18,386 bases of DNA from Abditibacteriaceae bacterium (GTDB lineage: Bacteria; Armatimonadota; Abditibacteriia; Abditibacteriales; Abditibacteriaceae): assembly GCA_031425655.1 (NCBI GenBank), contig JANPJS010000303.1:1-18386 (forward strand), in the 5' to 3' direction. Shown one piece after another: positions 7,566-15,464 of this stretch; within the stretch, counting starts at the first letter, position 1, and each line of letters begins with the position of its first letter. Both the position numbers and the translations under genes were made by a program. The notes beneath the pieces are model-generated. The model was not told the DNA's origin. It was given only the letters and a program-made list of their open reading frames with translations, and did not search any database.

Positions 7566-8741
7566 TCAGTCGTCTTTGAACACCAGCAGCATGGAGGCGC
7601 TTTTCGACAAAATGCGGTCGTTGCCGATCATCAGCGAGGCCGACAGCACATCACGATAATGGCGTCCGACCGCGAATTTCGAGTCGTTGCGATAGCCGCC
7701 GATACCGATGATTTGCAACGCTTGATGCACGATTTTCGGCGCCGCTTCCGAGGCCGCGATTTTAAGATTATTCATCTTCAGCGCCCAGCGCAGCGACGAC
7801 AATTCTTCGCGGCCTGCCTCGCCTGCGGGCAGCGCGTCGAAATCGCCGGCGGCGGCGCTCACGTTTTGGCGCAGCGACTGCAAATCAACGGCGACTTCGG
7901 CCAAGCGCGTGGCTGTGGGCGGCAAAGTGCCGGGCGATTTGCGCGCTTCGGCCCGCACAAACGCGCTGGCCCGCGCCACGGCATCGGAAGCGATGCCGAG
8001 CCAGACGCCGGCCCACAAAATATGCGAAACCGGCACCATCGTTTGCGCGGAGGAATCGGCGAATGAGCCGGGAATGATGTCGGTTTCAGCGCCGCTGGCC
8101 GTCACTTTGAACGGAGGGCTGCACGTCCCGCGCATTCCCAGCGTGTCCCAGTTGCCAGTGCGTTCGAGCGCGAAATTCCCTTTGCGGAGCAGCACCAAAA
8201 CCTGATCGCTGGCCGGAGATTCGGCATCGCGGCGGCAGGTGAGCAGCAAATCGTCGGCGTGTTCGCCGTAGGAAACCGTCGTCGCGTTTTTTTCGACTGA
8301 GTAGCGTCCGCCGTCGCGCTGGACGGCGCAAATGCTGGAGCGCATATCGCCGCCGGTGCCCATTTCCGAGGTCACCGACGCGATAAGCCGTTGTTGCATC
8401 GCCAATTCGCGCAAATAATCGCATAAAGCCGGCGCAGACAAACCATGCCGTGCGATGGACGCCACCTGAATATGGTGCATGGCCAGCACCATGCCGCTCG
8501 CCGCGCAGCCTTGCGCCAAAGCCGAACACATCGCCGCCAAGTCGCGCATCGAAGCGCCGCTTCCGCCCAATTCGGCGGGCACGGCGGCGGACAATAAACG
8601 CGCTTCACGCGCCGCGTCCAGCGTTTCTCGCGGAAAGCGCGACTGCCGATCAACATCATCGGCGTGTGGCGCGGCCACCTGCGCGGCGATGATGCGGGCT
8701 TGTTCGACGAGTTCGCTGGTTTTCGGGATTAGGTTCTCCAA
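7566..8741 (-). CDS. Acyl-CoA dehydrogenase-family flavoenzyme, probably acting on carrier-bound substrate
   Basis: 391 aa from TTG 8741, with a GAGG(A) SD upstream. Motifs: VDRQSRFPRE, VPAELGGSG, TSEMGTGGD, WDTLGMRGTCS, ALQIIGIGGY and RHYRD. The ORF-track extension to 9158 is not ACAD-like. Confidence 0.88.
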   Translation of the reverse strand: MENLIPKTSELVEQARIIAAQVAAPHADDVDRQSRFPRETLDAAREARLLSAAVPAELGGSGASMRDLAAMCSALAQGCAASGMVLAMHHIQVASIARHGLSAPALCDYLRELAMQQRLIASVTSEMGTGGDMRSSICAVQRDGGRYSVEKNATTVSYGEHADDLLLTCRRDAESPASDQVLVLLRKGNFALERTGNWDTLGMRGTCSPPFKVTASGAETDIIPGSFADSSAQTMVPVSHILWAGVWLGIASDAVARASAFVRAEARKSPGTLPPTATRLAEVAVDLQSLRQNVSAAAGDFDALPAGEAGREELSSLRWALKMNNLKIAASEAAPKIVHQALQIIGIGGYRNDSKFAVGRHYRDVLSASLMIGNDRILSKSASMLLVFKDD

Positions 8742-8762
8742 AGCACGCTTCCTCTGCGCTAA

Positions 8763-8768
8763 ATTATA
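8763..8768 (-). promoter_or_regulatory. Candidate sigma70 -10 box (TATAAT) for the carrier-protein operon
   Basis: Perfect TATAAT on the minus strand 22 nt upstream of the ACAD start, with a weak -35. A second minus-strand TATAAT lies at 8898-8903. Confidence 0.5.
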
Positions 8769-8918
8769 GCCCCGAAACTGAAAAAGAAAAACCGGCACAG
8801 ACTTCTGCGAACAGCGGCAGATGCCTTTCAGTTTCACGCGCGATATGTCCCATTGTGGCGCTTCTGAAACACGCTGTTGCTTATCAATGTCATGCGAATT
8901 ATACAGCGAATCCTGCTC

Positions 8919-8953
8919 TTGTTTCCCGGAAGGGGAGGCCTGATAATTCAGGC
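8919..8953 (+). promoter_or_regulatory. Candidate promoter for the FN3 gene with an overlapping dyad operator
   Basis: TTGTTT (8919-8924), 17 nt spacer, GATAAT (8942-8947). The perfect dyad GCCTGA-TAAT-TCAGGC (8938-8953) covers the -10. Confidence 0.4.
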
Positions 8954-9034
8954 AACTCGTTGTCGTTTGCGGTGTTTTTTGCTGCTGCGTCGTAAGAGTC
9001 GTTAAGATGGCCCGTAAGCATCGTTCTGATTTCC

Positions 9035-12000
9035 GTGAGGCTATTATGCGATTTGCCCCCCCGATTTTTTGTGTCAATTTGCCGCTTGGTTTTGTGCCTG
9101 ATTGCGCTTTGCGTCGGTGCGCGGGCGCAAAACGCGCCGGAAGCGCCGGGCGCAGCAAGTTTTAGCGACATCGCGGCCCATTCGATCAGCGTCAGCGCGC
9201 CCGCCCTTCCGGCGGGCGCGCTTTTTTTGACGCTGCAAAAGCGCGCGGCGTGGGATTATTACGCGCCCTTCGCGGATGTCGCCGCGAATCTCGCGGGCGG
9301 CGCGGTGACGGGCGTTGCCAATCTCGACGCGAATACGTATTACGCTTTTCGTTATTTGGCCGTGAACGCCGAGGGCGAAACGGCGGGCAGCGAAAGCCAG
9401 ATGCAAACCCTGCCCGACGCGCCGATTGCGCCGAATGCGCCGCTTTTCGTGAACGTGCAGGCGACTTCGCTCGAAGTGCCGCTGACGATTTTCCCCGCCG
9501 ATACCAGTCAACTCAAATTGCAGCAAAAGCCGCTGGAAAATGGCATCTGGAGCGAGGCGGCGCAGTTCGATAGCTGGTATTCGGGCTACAATCAGCGCGC
9601 CTACGTTTACTACTTGCAACCGGAAACCGCTTATCGCTTTCGCTGGGTGGCGGTCGGGCCGGGTGGCACCAGCGAAGGCGCGGCCTCTGACATCGTGACC
9701 ACGCCCGCGCCGCCGAATGCGCCCGAATCGCCTACGTTCAGTAACATCACGGCGCAAGGCGCGAACGTGACATTGCCGGCTTTGCCAATCGGCGCCACCA
9801 GTTTGCGTTTGGAAAAGCGCATCGGCGACGACTGGTATAACCCGGTTTATGAAAGCATCGCCGCGAATCTGCCCGGCGGCGCGACGGTGACGCTCAGCGA
9901 TTTGACTGCGGCCAGTTCCTATCAATTCCGCGTGGTAGCTATTGGCCCCGGCGGCGAAACGGCGGGCTACGACGCTTATTTTCAGACCTTGCCGCCCGCG
10001 CCGGACGCGCCCGCCGCGCCGACCTTTGAGAACGTGCAGGCGACTTCTCTCGAAGTGCCGCTGCCGAACTTTCCCGCCAACACCGATCAACTGAAATTGG
10101 AGCAAAAACTGGCGGACGGCGGCGCGTGGAGCGAGGTGGGGCAGTTCGATAGCTGGTATTCCAATTACGGACAGCGCGCCTATGTTTACAATTTGCAGGC
10201 GGAAACGGCCTATCTTTTCCGCTGGGTGGCGGTCGGGCCGGGCGGCACGACGGAAGGCGCAGCGAACGACATCGTAACCGCACCCGCACCGCCGCAAGCG
10301 CCGGATTCGCCCTCGTTCAGCAACATCACGGCGCACAGCGCAAGCGTGACTTTACCCGCTTTGCCGGTTGGCGCCACCAGCTTGCGTTTGGAAAAGCGCA
10401 TTGGCGACGACTACTATAACCCGGTTTATGAAACCGTCGCCGCCAATCTGCCCGGCGGCGCGACGGTGACGCTCAGCGGTTTAAATGCGGCCAGTTCCTA
10501 TCAATTCCGCGTGATAGCTATCGGACTGGGCGGCGAAACGGCGGGCAGCGACGGCTACCTTTACACCGCCTACGAAGCGCCGGATATGCCGTCCGCGCCC
10601 GATTTTGCCAATGTGCAGGCCACGCAACTTGACGTGCCGGTTCCTGCTGTGGCCAACGCCGGCAGCCTGCGATTGCAACGCAAAAACGCGGGCGCGCCGG
10701 ACAGCGATTACTCCGATGTCGTGCAAGTGAACCTCGATTATTACGCGCCGCCGAGTGTGACGGTGTATTATCTGACTCCGGCGACGGCTTACGTTTTTCG
10801 CTGGATAGCTGTGGGCAACGGCGGCGAAACTGCCGGGCCGGGCGCTGCTGTGACGACGCTTACCGGCGGCGACCCTTCGGCCACGCCGACCCCGACGCCC
10901 ACCGCTGATCCCACACCAACGCCCACGCCAACTGTGGTGCCCACACCGACGCCACAACCGCGCCCGGTAGACGTGACCATCGCAACGGGCGAGGCTGCCG
11001 CCGACAATCTCTCCTTCGCGGGCGAGAGCGTCTACAACCAGACCGGCGCCAACCAGACCAAAACGCAAAGCCTGTTGCCGCAAAACACCGCCGTTTACAC
11101 CATGCAGGTGCAGAACGAAGGCGACGTGCCTGCCGCTTTTCTCGTGACGGCTCCGGCCTCCGGCGTTGGTTGGACGGCGCACTACTACTTCGTGCCGGAC
11201 TTTGATCCGGAAGTTGATCCTGAGAACGCCCTTTACGAAGACATCACGACCGAGGTAATTGGTGAAGGTTGGACAACTCCTGAACTCGCTTCCGGCGCGC
11301 GTTGCACGTTGGAATTGACGGTGGAACTGACTACGGCGACCCCCGACGATGCTCTGTGCGCGTTGCTTATTCAGGCTGCGCCCTCCGATGGATTGCCTGA
11401 TGCCGTGAAAGCTGCAACCAGTGTCGAACCTACCGCACCTTCAGCGCCACAAAATCTGACGGCTACGGCGGGCGTTGGGTATGTTGGTCTGAGTTGGAAC
11501 GCTGTTTCGGGGGCGACTGGCTACAACCTGTATCGGTCAACCACCGATGGTGGCCCTTACTCTCTAATTTCTCCCAACCTGAGTGGCACGGCTTTTACAG
11601 ATTCGCAGGTTACGGCAGGCACGACTTACTTTTACGTGGTGCGCGCAATCAACACTGCTGGTGGCAGTCCCGACAGTAATCAGGCGCAGGCGACTCCGAC
11701 ATCCCCTCCGCCGCCTCATCCGGTGGATGTCACCATCAGCAACGGCGGTGAGGGCGATGAGCTTTCGTTTGCGGGTTCTGATGTTTTCAACGAGACGGGT
11801 GCCAACCAGAACAAGAGCCAGTCGGTCATGCCAACCTCGCCAACCATTTTCACCGTGCAGGTGCAAAACAAAACTGCGGCGCCCACCGCGTTTACCGTAA
11901 CTGGCCCCGGAGACGAACTCGGTTGGGCGGTGCATTACTACGCCATTTCGGAAGGCGAAGTGGTGCCCGAAGGCGATCCGCCGCCCGATCCTGTGGATGT

Positions 12001-12559
12001 GGAAGGTGTGCCGCTGGGGCAAGATGTGACCTCCGACATCACTGGAGAAGGCTGGGTGACGCCCGTGCTGGAGCCTGGCAGGCACTGCACCTTGCAGGTG
12101 AATGTGGATGTGACCGGCGTGTTGCCCGATGGCGCTGCAAAAGCCGTGCTTGTCAGAGCAGCGCCAGCCGATGGCCCGGCGGATGTGGTGAAAGCCACCA
12201 CGACTTCACAGCAATTCATCGAAAAAGTGCAAGTTTCCCAAGATCAGGGCATAACGTGGATTGATATTGACGCGAATGGCAATGTCGCCACGCCTAACTT
12301 ACCATTTACCGGCTTGCCGTTTGAAGTGGAGGAGGGAATTGTCTTCGACCTGCGGGCCATCAGGAAGCATCCAGAACTTCCGTGGCCGGCAAAAGCCAGT
12401 GTTTCCACTATCCACCCCGAATGGGATGGTGCCGGCATTGATTTGTGCGGTGAAAAAATCGCCATCATGTTCGAGACAGCTTCAGCTACGCCGCTGGTTG
12501 TGAACGCCAAATGTGGCAACGTGGTCTCGGTCAAGGTGAAGGTGCAACCCGAACCTTAA
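9035..12559 (+). CDS. Large secreted fibronectin type III / Ig-like repeat protein
   Basis: 1174 aa, start uncertain. Signal peptide ...CRLVLCLIALCVGARA|Q, then six FN3-like units (L.P.T.Y.FR..A.G.GGET), a PT-rich linker, a duplicated Ig-like domain (PVDVTI..YNQTGANQ..W.TP.L..G..C.L) flanking a seventh canonical FN3 (APQNLTA..LSWNAVSGATGYNLYRS..YFYVVRAIN), and a unique C-terminus. Confidence 0.9.
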   Translation: MRLLCDLPPRFFVSICRLVLCLIALCVGARAQNAPEAPGAASFSDIAAHSISVSAPALPAGALFLTLQKRAAWDYYAPFADVAANLAGGAVTGVANLDANTYYAFRYLAVNAEGETAGSESQMQTLPDAPIAPNAPLFVNVQATSLEVPLTIFPADTSQLKLQQKPLENGIWSEAAQFDSWYSGYNQRAYVYYLQPETAYRFRWVAVGPGGTSEGAASDIVTTPAPPNAPESPTFSNITAQGANVTLPALPIGATSLRLEKRIGDDWYNPVYESIAANLPGGATVTLSDLTAASSYQFRVVAIGPGGETAGYDAYFQTLPPAPDAPAAPTFENVQATSLEVPLPNFPANTDQLKLEQKLADGGAWSEVGQFDSWYSNYGQRAYVYNLQAETAYLFRWVAVGPGGTTEGAANDIVTAPAPPQAPDSPSFSNITAHSASVTLPALPVGATSLRLEKRIGDDYYNPVYETVAANLPGGATVTLSGLNAASSYQFRVIAIGLGGETAGSDGYLYTAYEAPDMPSAPDFANVQATQLDVPVPAVANAGSLRLQRKNAGAPDSDYSDVVQVNLDYYAPPSVTVYYLTPATAYVFRWIAVGNGGETAGPGAAVTTLTGGDPSATPTPTPTADPTPTPTPTVVPTPTPQPRPVDVTIATGEAAADNLSFAGESVYNQTGANQTKTQSLLPQNTAVYTMQVQNEGDVPAAFLVTAPASGVGWTAHYYFVPDFDPEVDPENALYEDITTEVIGEGWTTPELASGARCTLELTVELTTATPDDALCALLIQAAPSDGLPDAVKAATSVEPTAPSAPQNLTATAGVGYVGLSWNAVSGATGYNLYRSTTDGGPYSLISPNLSGTAFTDSQVTAGTTYFYVVRAINTAGGSPDSNQAQATPTSPPPPHPVDVTISNGGEGDELSFAGSDVFNETGANQNKSQSVMPTSPTIFTVQVQNKTAAPTAFTVTGPGDELGWAVHYYAISEGEVVPEGDPPPDPVDVEGVPLGQDVTSDITGEGWVTPVLEPGRHCTLQVNVDVTGVLPDGAAKAVLVRAAPADGPADVVKATTTSQQFIEKVQVSQDQGITWIDIDANGNVATPNLPFTGLPFEVEEGIVFDLRAIRKHPELPWPAKASVSTIHPEWDGAGIDLCGEKIAIMFETASATPLVVNAKCGNVVSVKVKVQPEP
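9420..10560 (+). repeat. 579-bp intragenic tandem duplication (two-FN3 module)
   Basis: AACGTGCAGGCGACTTC occurs at 9452 and 10031, with a diverged AATGTGCAGGCCAC at 10610, giving a 579-bp (193 aa) period. Long near-identical DNA stretches are shared between copies. Confidence 0.9.
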
Positions 12560-12626
12560 AGCCATCGGATTGAAATCGCTGGAAAACGTGAATCAACAAA
12601 ATCGCGGCGTTGCCGCAGGAGAAGCC

Positions 12627-14597
12627 ATGAAACTCGTGAACATCATTCGCACTGCCGTTTTGTCCTTGGGCGTTGTGTTGCCGCTGCTGGTTGCCGCGCC
12701 GACGGAGGCACAAACCACCTCAACAAACGGGGACGGTGGAACTTGGGTTTATGACCAACCTGTCTTAAATGGATCCAGTTTCTCGACCGCATGGGGACAA
12801 TGGCCTTGGTCGCCCGTTGGCGGAGGTATCATGAATTCAAATTACATACAGACGTCTCCAATTTGGTGGTCGTTTGTGCCACCAGTGGTTTTTAGGCCGA
12901 GGGTTGTGGTTTGGCAAAACGGCACCGTCCAGCCCTGGATCAAGTGGCAACCGAGTAACGCCATCAATGGCGAGAGGCCACCCACGGTCGCCTATGTGAA
13001 AGTTAAGTCGGACGCATGGGCCTACGGAAGTTTTGGGGCCACCATGACAACTCGGAGTGGTTTGGGCCAAACGGGTGTGACGTCGCTTTCAATTCAACCA
13101 ACTAACGGCACTCAATTAAAAAACGAAGCATTCGGAACCAGAATCTGGAGAATTAGAAACCCGTTGCGTGATACCAGAAAACCACTGCCAATGGTGCGTC
13201 CCTATGCGGCGGCATCTGTAAGGAGTGGCGTTGTCGCAACAAAATCGGTTAATAGTCACGTAGTGACGAATATTGAACCGGTGAAGTTTGTCATCAAGTC
13301 GAACGTCGAACCCTCGCATAGTAAACGTGCTGTGGGTTACGATATTACGAACCTCCAAACGATATATGATAAGTGGTGCCACGATTGGGCGCCTCCCACT
13401 GGCTATAACACAATAGATGACTGGCCCAACCGCAATGTCTGCGACCGCCACCACATTGATACGGTTGTGGAGTGGAAACACCCAACTATGAATGTTGGAG
13501 GGACTACTATGGACGACCCCGAATTTGAGACCGGCTATTATGGCGGCGGAGAATTCAGCGTAACTCAAAACGCCTTTGATAGCCCCAAACATGAGTGGAA
13601 ATTAATGGGTGAAGGCACATTGAAGGGGCTTGCCGTTGGTGAAATCCATAAAAATCAGTCCAGCATCAACCTCACTAAAAATCAAGTTGCTGTTGATAGG
13701 TCTGATATGCCAAAGAGTAACTTATATTTGGGCAACGACCCCGCCAGTTTCCCCAAGGAAAGCACGATTCGCGTCACAGTAACCGACAGCACAAATGCGG
13801 TTGGCGCGCCAACATCAGGAGTAGCCAATGGTTTCTTCTTTGTTAAATGGCATTTGCCGTATGAGAAGTCAGCCGACATTGATCCTTGGGATTGGAAAAT
13901 ATCCGATAAAACTTTTGCAGGACCGGTTGACTCTGACCAAGCAGGAACGGTCACCACACCAGACGATGCGAAATCTTACGATTTTGGGACTACATTTGAA
14001 GGATTAGCAGGTGCTGCTGGCGCATCTGCGTCTGCTGTCGCATCTGTTAGCACATCTGCATTGGCAGCTAGAATCGGCACGGCTGTGGTGACCAGACTTA
14101 ACTGGTTAGCTGCTACTTTGTCTATGGCTCAGGCGCTAAGTCCCATTTTGAACTACTCTCACACAGCGAATTCTGGTGTCACAGTAGGAGTTGCCTTGAA
14201 CAACGATCAATTGGGATGGAATACATGGCGCAGTGATCCATATATTGCCAGCTTGAAATCGAATCTGTGGGATGAAAGCTTACTTGATGACCCTGATGGC
14301 TATCAACAATGCACACTGTTTTATAAACGTTCGGTTTACGGCACGCGGACTTGGTGGTTAGCTGACAGCTATAACACGAATGGATTTGTTTCACCTGATA
14401 ATATTTTTTGGTTTGACAAGGTAACGTTAGTGCGTCCTGAGAAATATTGGGCAATACGGCCTGCTTTACCTCCAGTATCGCCCTTACCGCCACCCATACG
14501 GGGTGGAACACCAATTCCAATTCCGCCGCCGATCCCGGCGGCAACACCATCGCCGACTCCCTCGGCAAATCCTGCTTCGACGGCCCTCATACCTTGA
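12627..14597 (+). CDS. Large secreted hypothetical protein with an internal hydrophobic Ala-rich segment and a Pro-rich tail
   Basis: 656 aa from ATG 12627 (AGGAG SD). Signal peptide MKLVNIIRTAVLSLGVVLPLLVAAPTEA|Q. No recognised domain, and visibly more AT-rich than the left operon. Confidence 0.8.
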   Translation: MKLVNIIRTAVLSLGVVLPLLVAAPTEAQTTSTNGDGGTWVYDQPVLNGSSFSTAWGQWPWSPVGGGIMNSNYIQTSPIWWSFVPPVVFRPRVVVWQNGTVQPWIKWQPSNAINGERPPTVAYVKVKSDAWAYGSFGATMTTRSGLGQTGVTSLSIQPTNGTQLKNEAFGTRIWRIRNPLRDTRKPLPMVRPYAAASVRSGVVATKSVNSHVVTNIEPVKFVIKSNVEPSHSKRAVGYDITNLQTIYDKWCHDWAPPTGYNTIDDWPNRNVCDRHHIDTVVEWKHPTMNVGGTTMDDPEFETGYYGGGEFSVTQNAFDSPKHEWKLMGEGTLKGLAVGEIHKNQSSINLTKNQVAVDRSDMPKSNLYLGNDPASFPKESTIRVTVTDSTNAVGAPTSGVANGFFFVKWHLPYEKSADIDPWDWKISDKTFAGPVDSDQAGTVTTPDDAKSYDFGTTFEGLAGAAGASASAVASVSTSALAARIGTAVVTRLNWLAATLSMAQALSPILNYSHTANSGVTVGVALNNDQLGWNTWRSDPYIASLKSNLWDESLLDDPDGYQQCTLFYKRSVYGTRTWWLADSYNTNGFVSPDNIFWFDKVTLVRPEKYWAIRPALPPVSPLPPPIRGGTPIPIPPPIPAATPSPTPSANPASTALIP

Positions 14598-14607
14598 AAG
14601 GCAAACG

Positions 14608-15444
14608 ATGAAAATTTTTCAATACCACATAATTGGGGCTGGATTGTTGATAGGTGCTGCTGTGATCTTCCAACCACACTCCGCCTTTTCACAGGTCGCT
14701 CAATCTATTAACAATCCATTAGTTTTCAAAGGTGTGCGTGGATTGTGGACAACCGAGGCGTGGACCGCCGACGAGGAACCTTACACTCGCATCAAAAATG
14801 AGATTCTCATCGCCGAGGCGAAAGGCAAAAGCCCAGATATGATGGCGATGGAATACAAAGTCATCGCACTTCAAAAACAAAGTGATCCTCTGCCGCGTTT
14901 TCGTTGGGCATATGCGGCTTACCTCACCGGAATTCGGTCAAAGCCGTATAGCACCGACAAGTTAAGGCAGGCAGCGAGTGGTTTAGGAGTGTTTACTCCC
15001 TCTCCCCAATCTTACGAATTTACACGCTTGCGTTTCTTGACGGAATCTTTCCTTGGCGAGCCATTAAATTACCCTGATTTGATTATCGTGGGCAAACGGC
15101 TCGCGCGCCGCAATCCTAAAGACATGGAGGTGCGAGTCCAGTTGTGCCAGATACTAAGTGTCGGGCCGACACTCGCGGATAGGCAGAATGCGGTGACTCA
15201 CGCGAAAGAGTTGCTTAGCATCAAACCGAAAGATTTTTACTACATCGGCAATTTGGCGACTGTTTACAACCACCTCTGGAGTCGAACTCGTAAACGCTCC
15301 GACCGTTTGGCGGCTATCGTCGCCTACCGCCACTACGTTAGGTTGGCGCCGTCCAGCGTTTATCGCAAAAACGCGGAATACTTGTTGAAATACTTGGAAG
15401 GAGCTAAAGACGGCCCCCTGCCAAAACCAAAGTTCAAGAGCTAA
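14608..15444 (+). CDS. Exported helical-repeat (TPR-like) protein
   Basis: 278 aa from ATG 14608 (GAAAGG SD), 10 nt after the previous stop. Signal peptide MKIFQYHIIGAGLLIGAAVIFQPHSAFS|Q. TPR-like helix-turn motifs RLARRNPKD, LLSIKPKD..GNLA and AIVAYRHYVRLAP. Very basic. Confidence 0.75.
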   Translation: MKIFQYHIIGAGLLIGAAVIFQPHSAFSQVAQSINNPLVFKGVRGLWTTEAWTADEEPYTRIKNEILIAEAKGKSPDMMAMEYKVIALQKQSDPLPRFRWAYAAYLTGIRSKPYSTDKLRQAASGLGVFTPSPQSYEFTRLRFLTESFLGEPLNYPDLIIVGKRLARRNPKDMEVRVQLCQILSVGPTLADRQNAVTHAKELLSIKPKDFYYIGNLATVYNHLWSRTRKRSDRLAAIVAYRHYVRLAPSSVYRKNAEYLLKYLEGAKDGPLPKPKFKS

Positions 15445-15464
15445 TAGAACGGTATCTCTGGCAA

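Noticed and set aside
8742..9158. N-terminal 139-aa extension of the acyl-CoA dehydrogenase ORF
   Set aside because: It is not ACAD-like, crosses the promoter region and the opposite-strand FN3 start, and TTG 8741 with an SD gives a normal-length enzyme.
9074..10336. 420-aa minus-strand ORF and its repeated companions (9631-9822, 10210-10401)
   Set aside because: Arg-rich antisense shadow of the FN3 gene. The repetition only mirrors the 579-bp duplication.
10880..10960. CCGACC/CCCACG microsatellite-like repeat
   Set aside because: It encodes the Pro-Thr linker, with synonymous variation between units.
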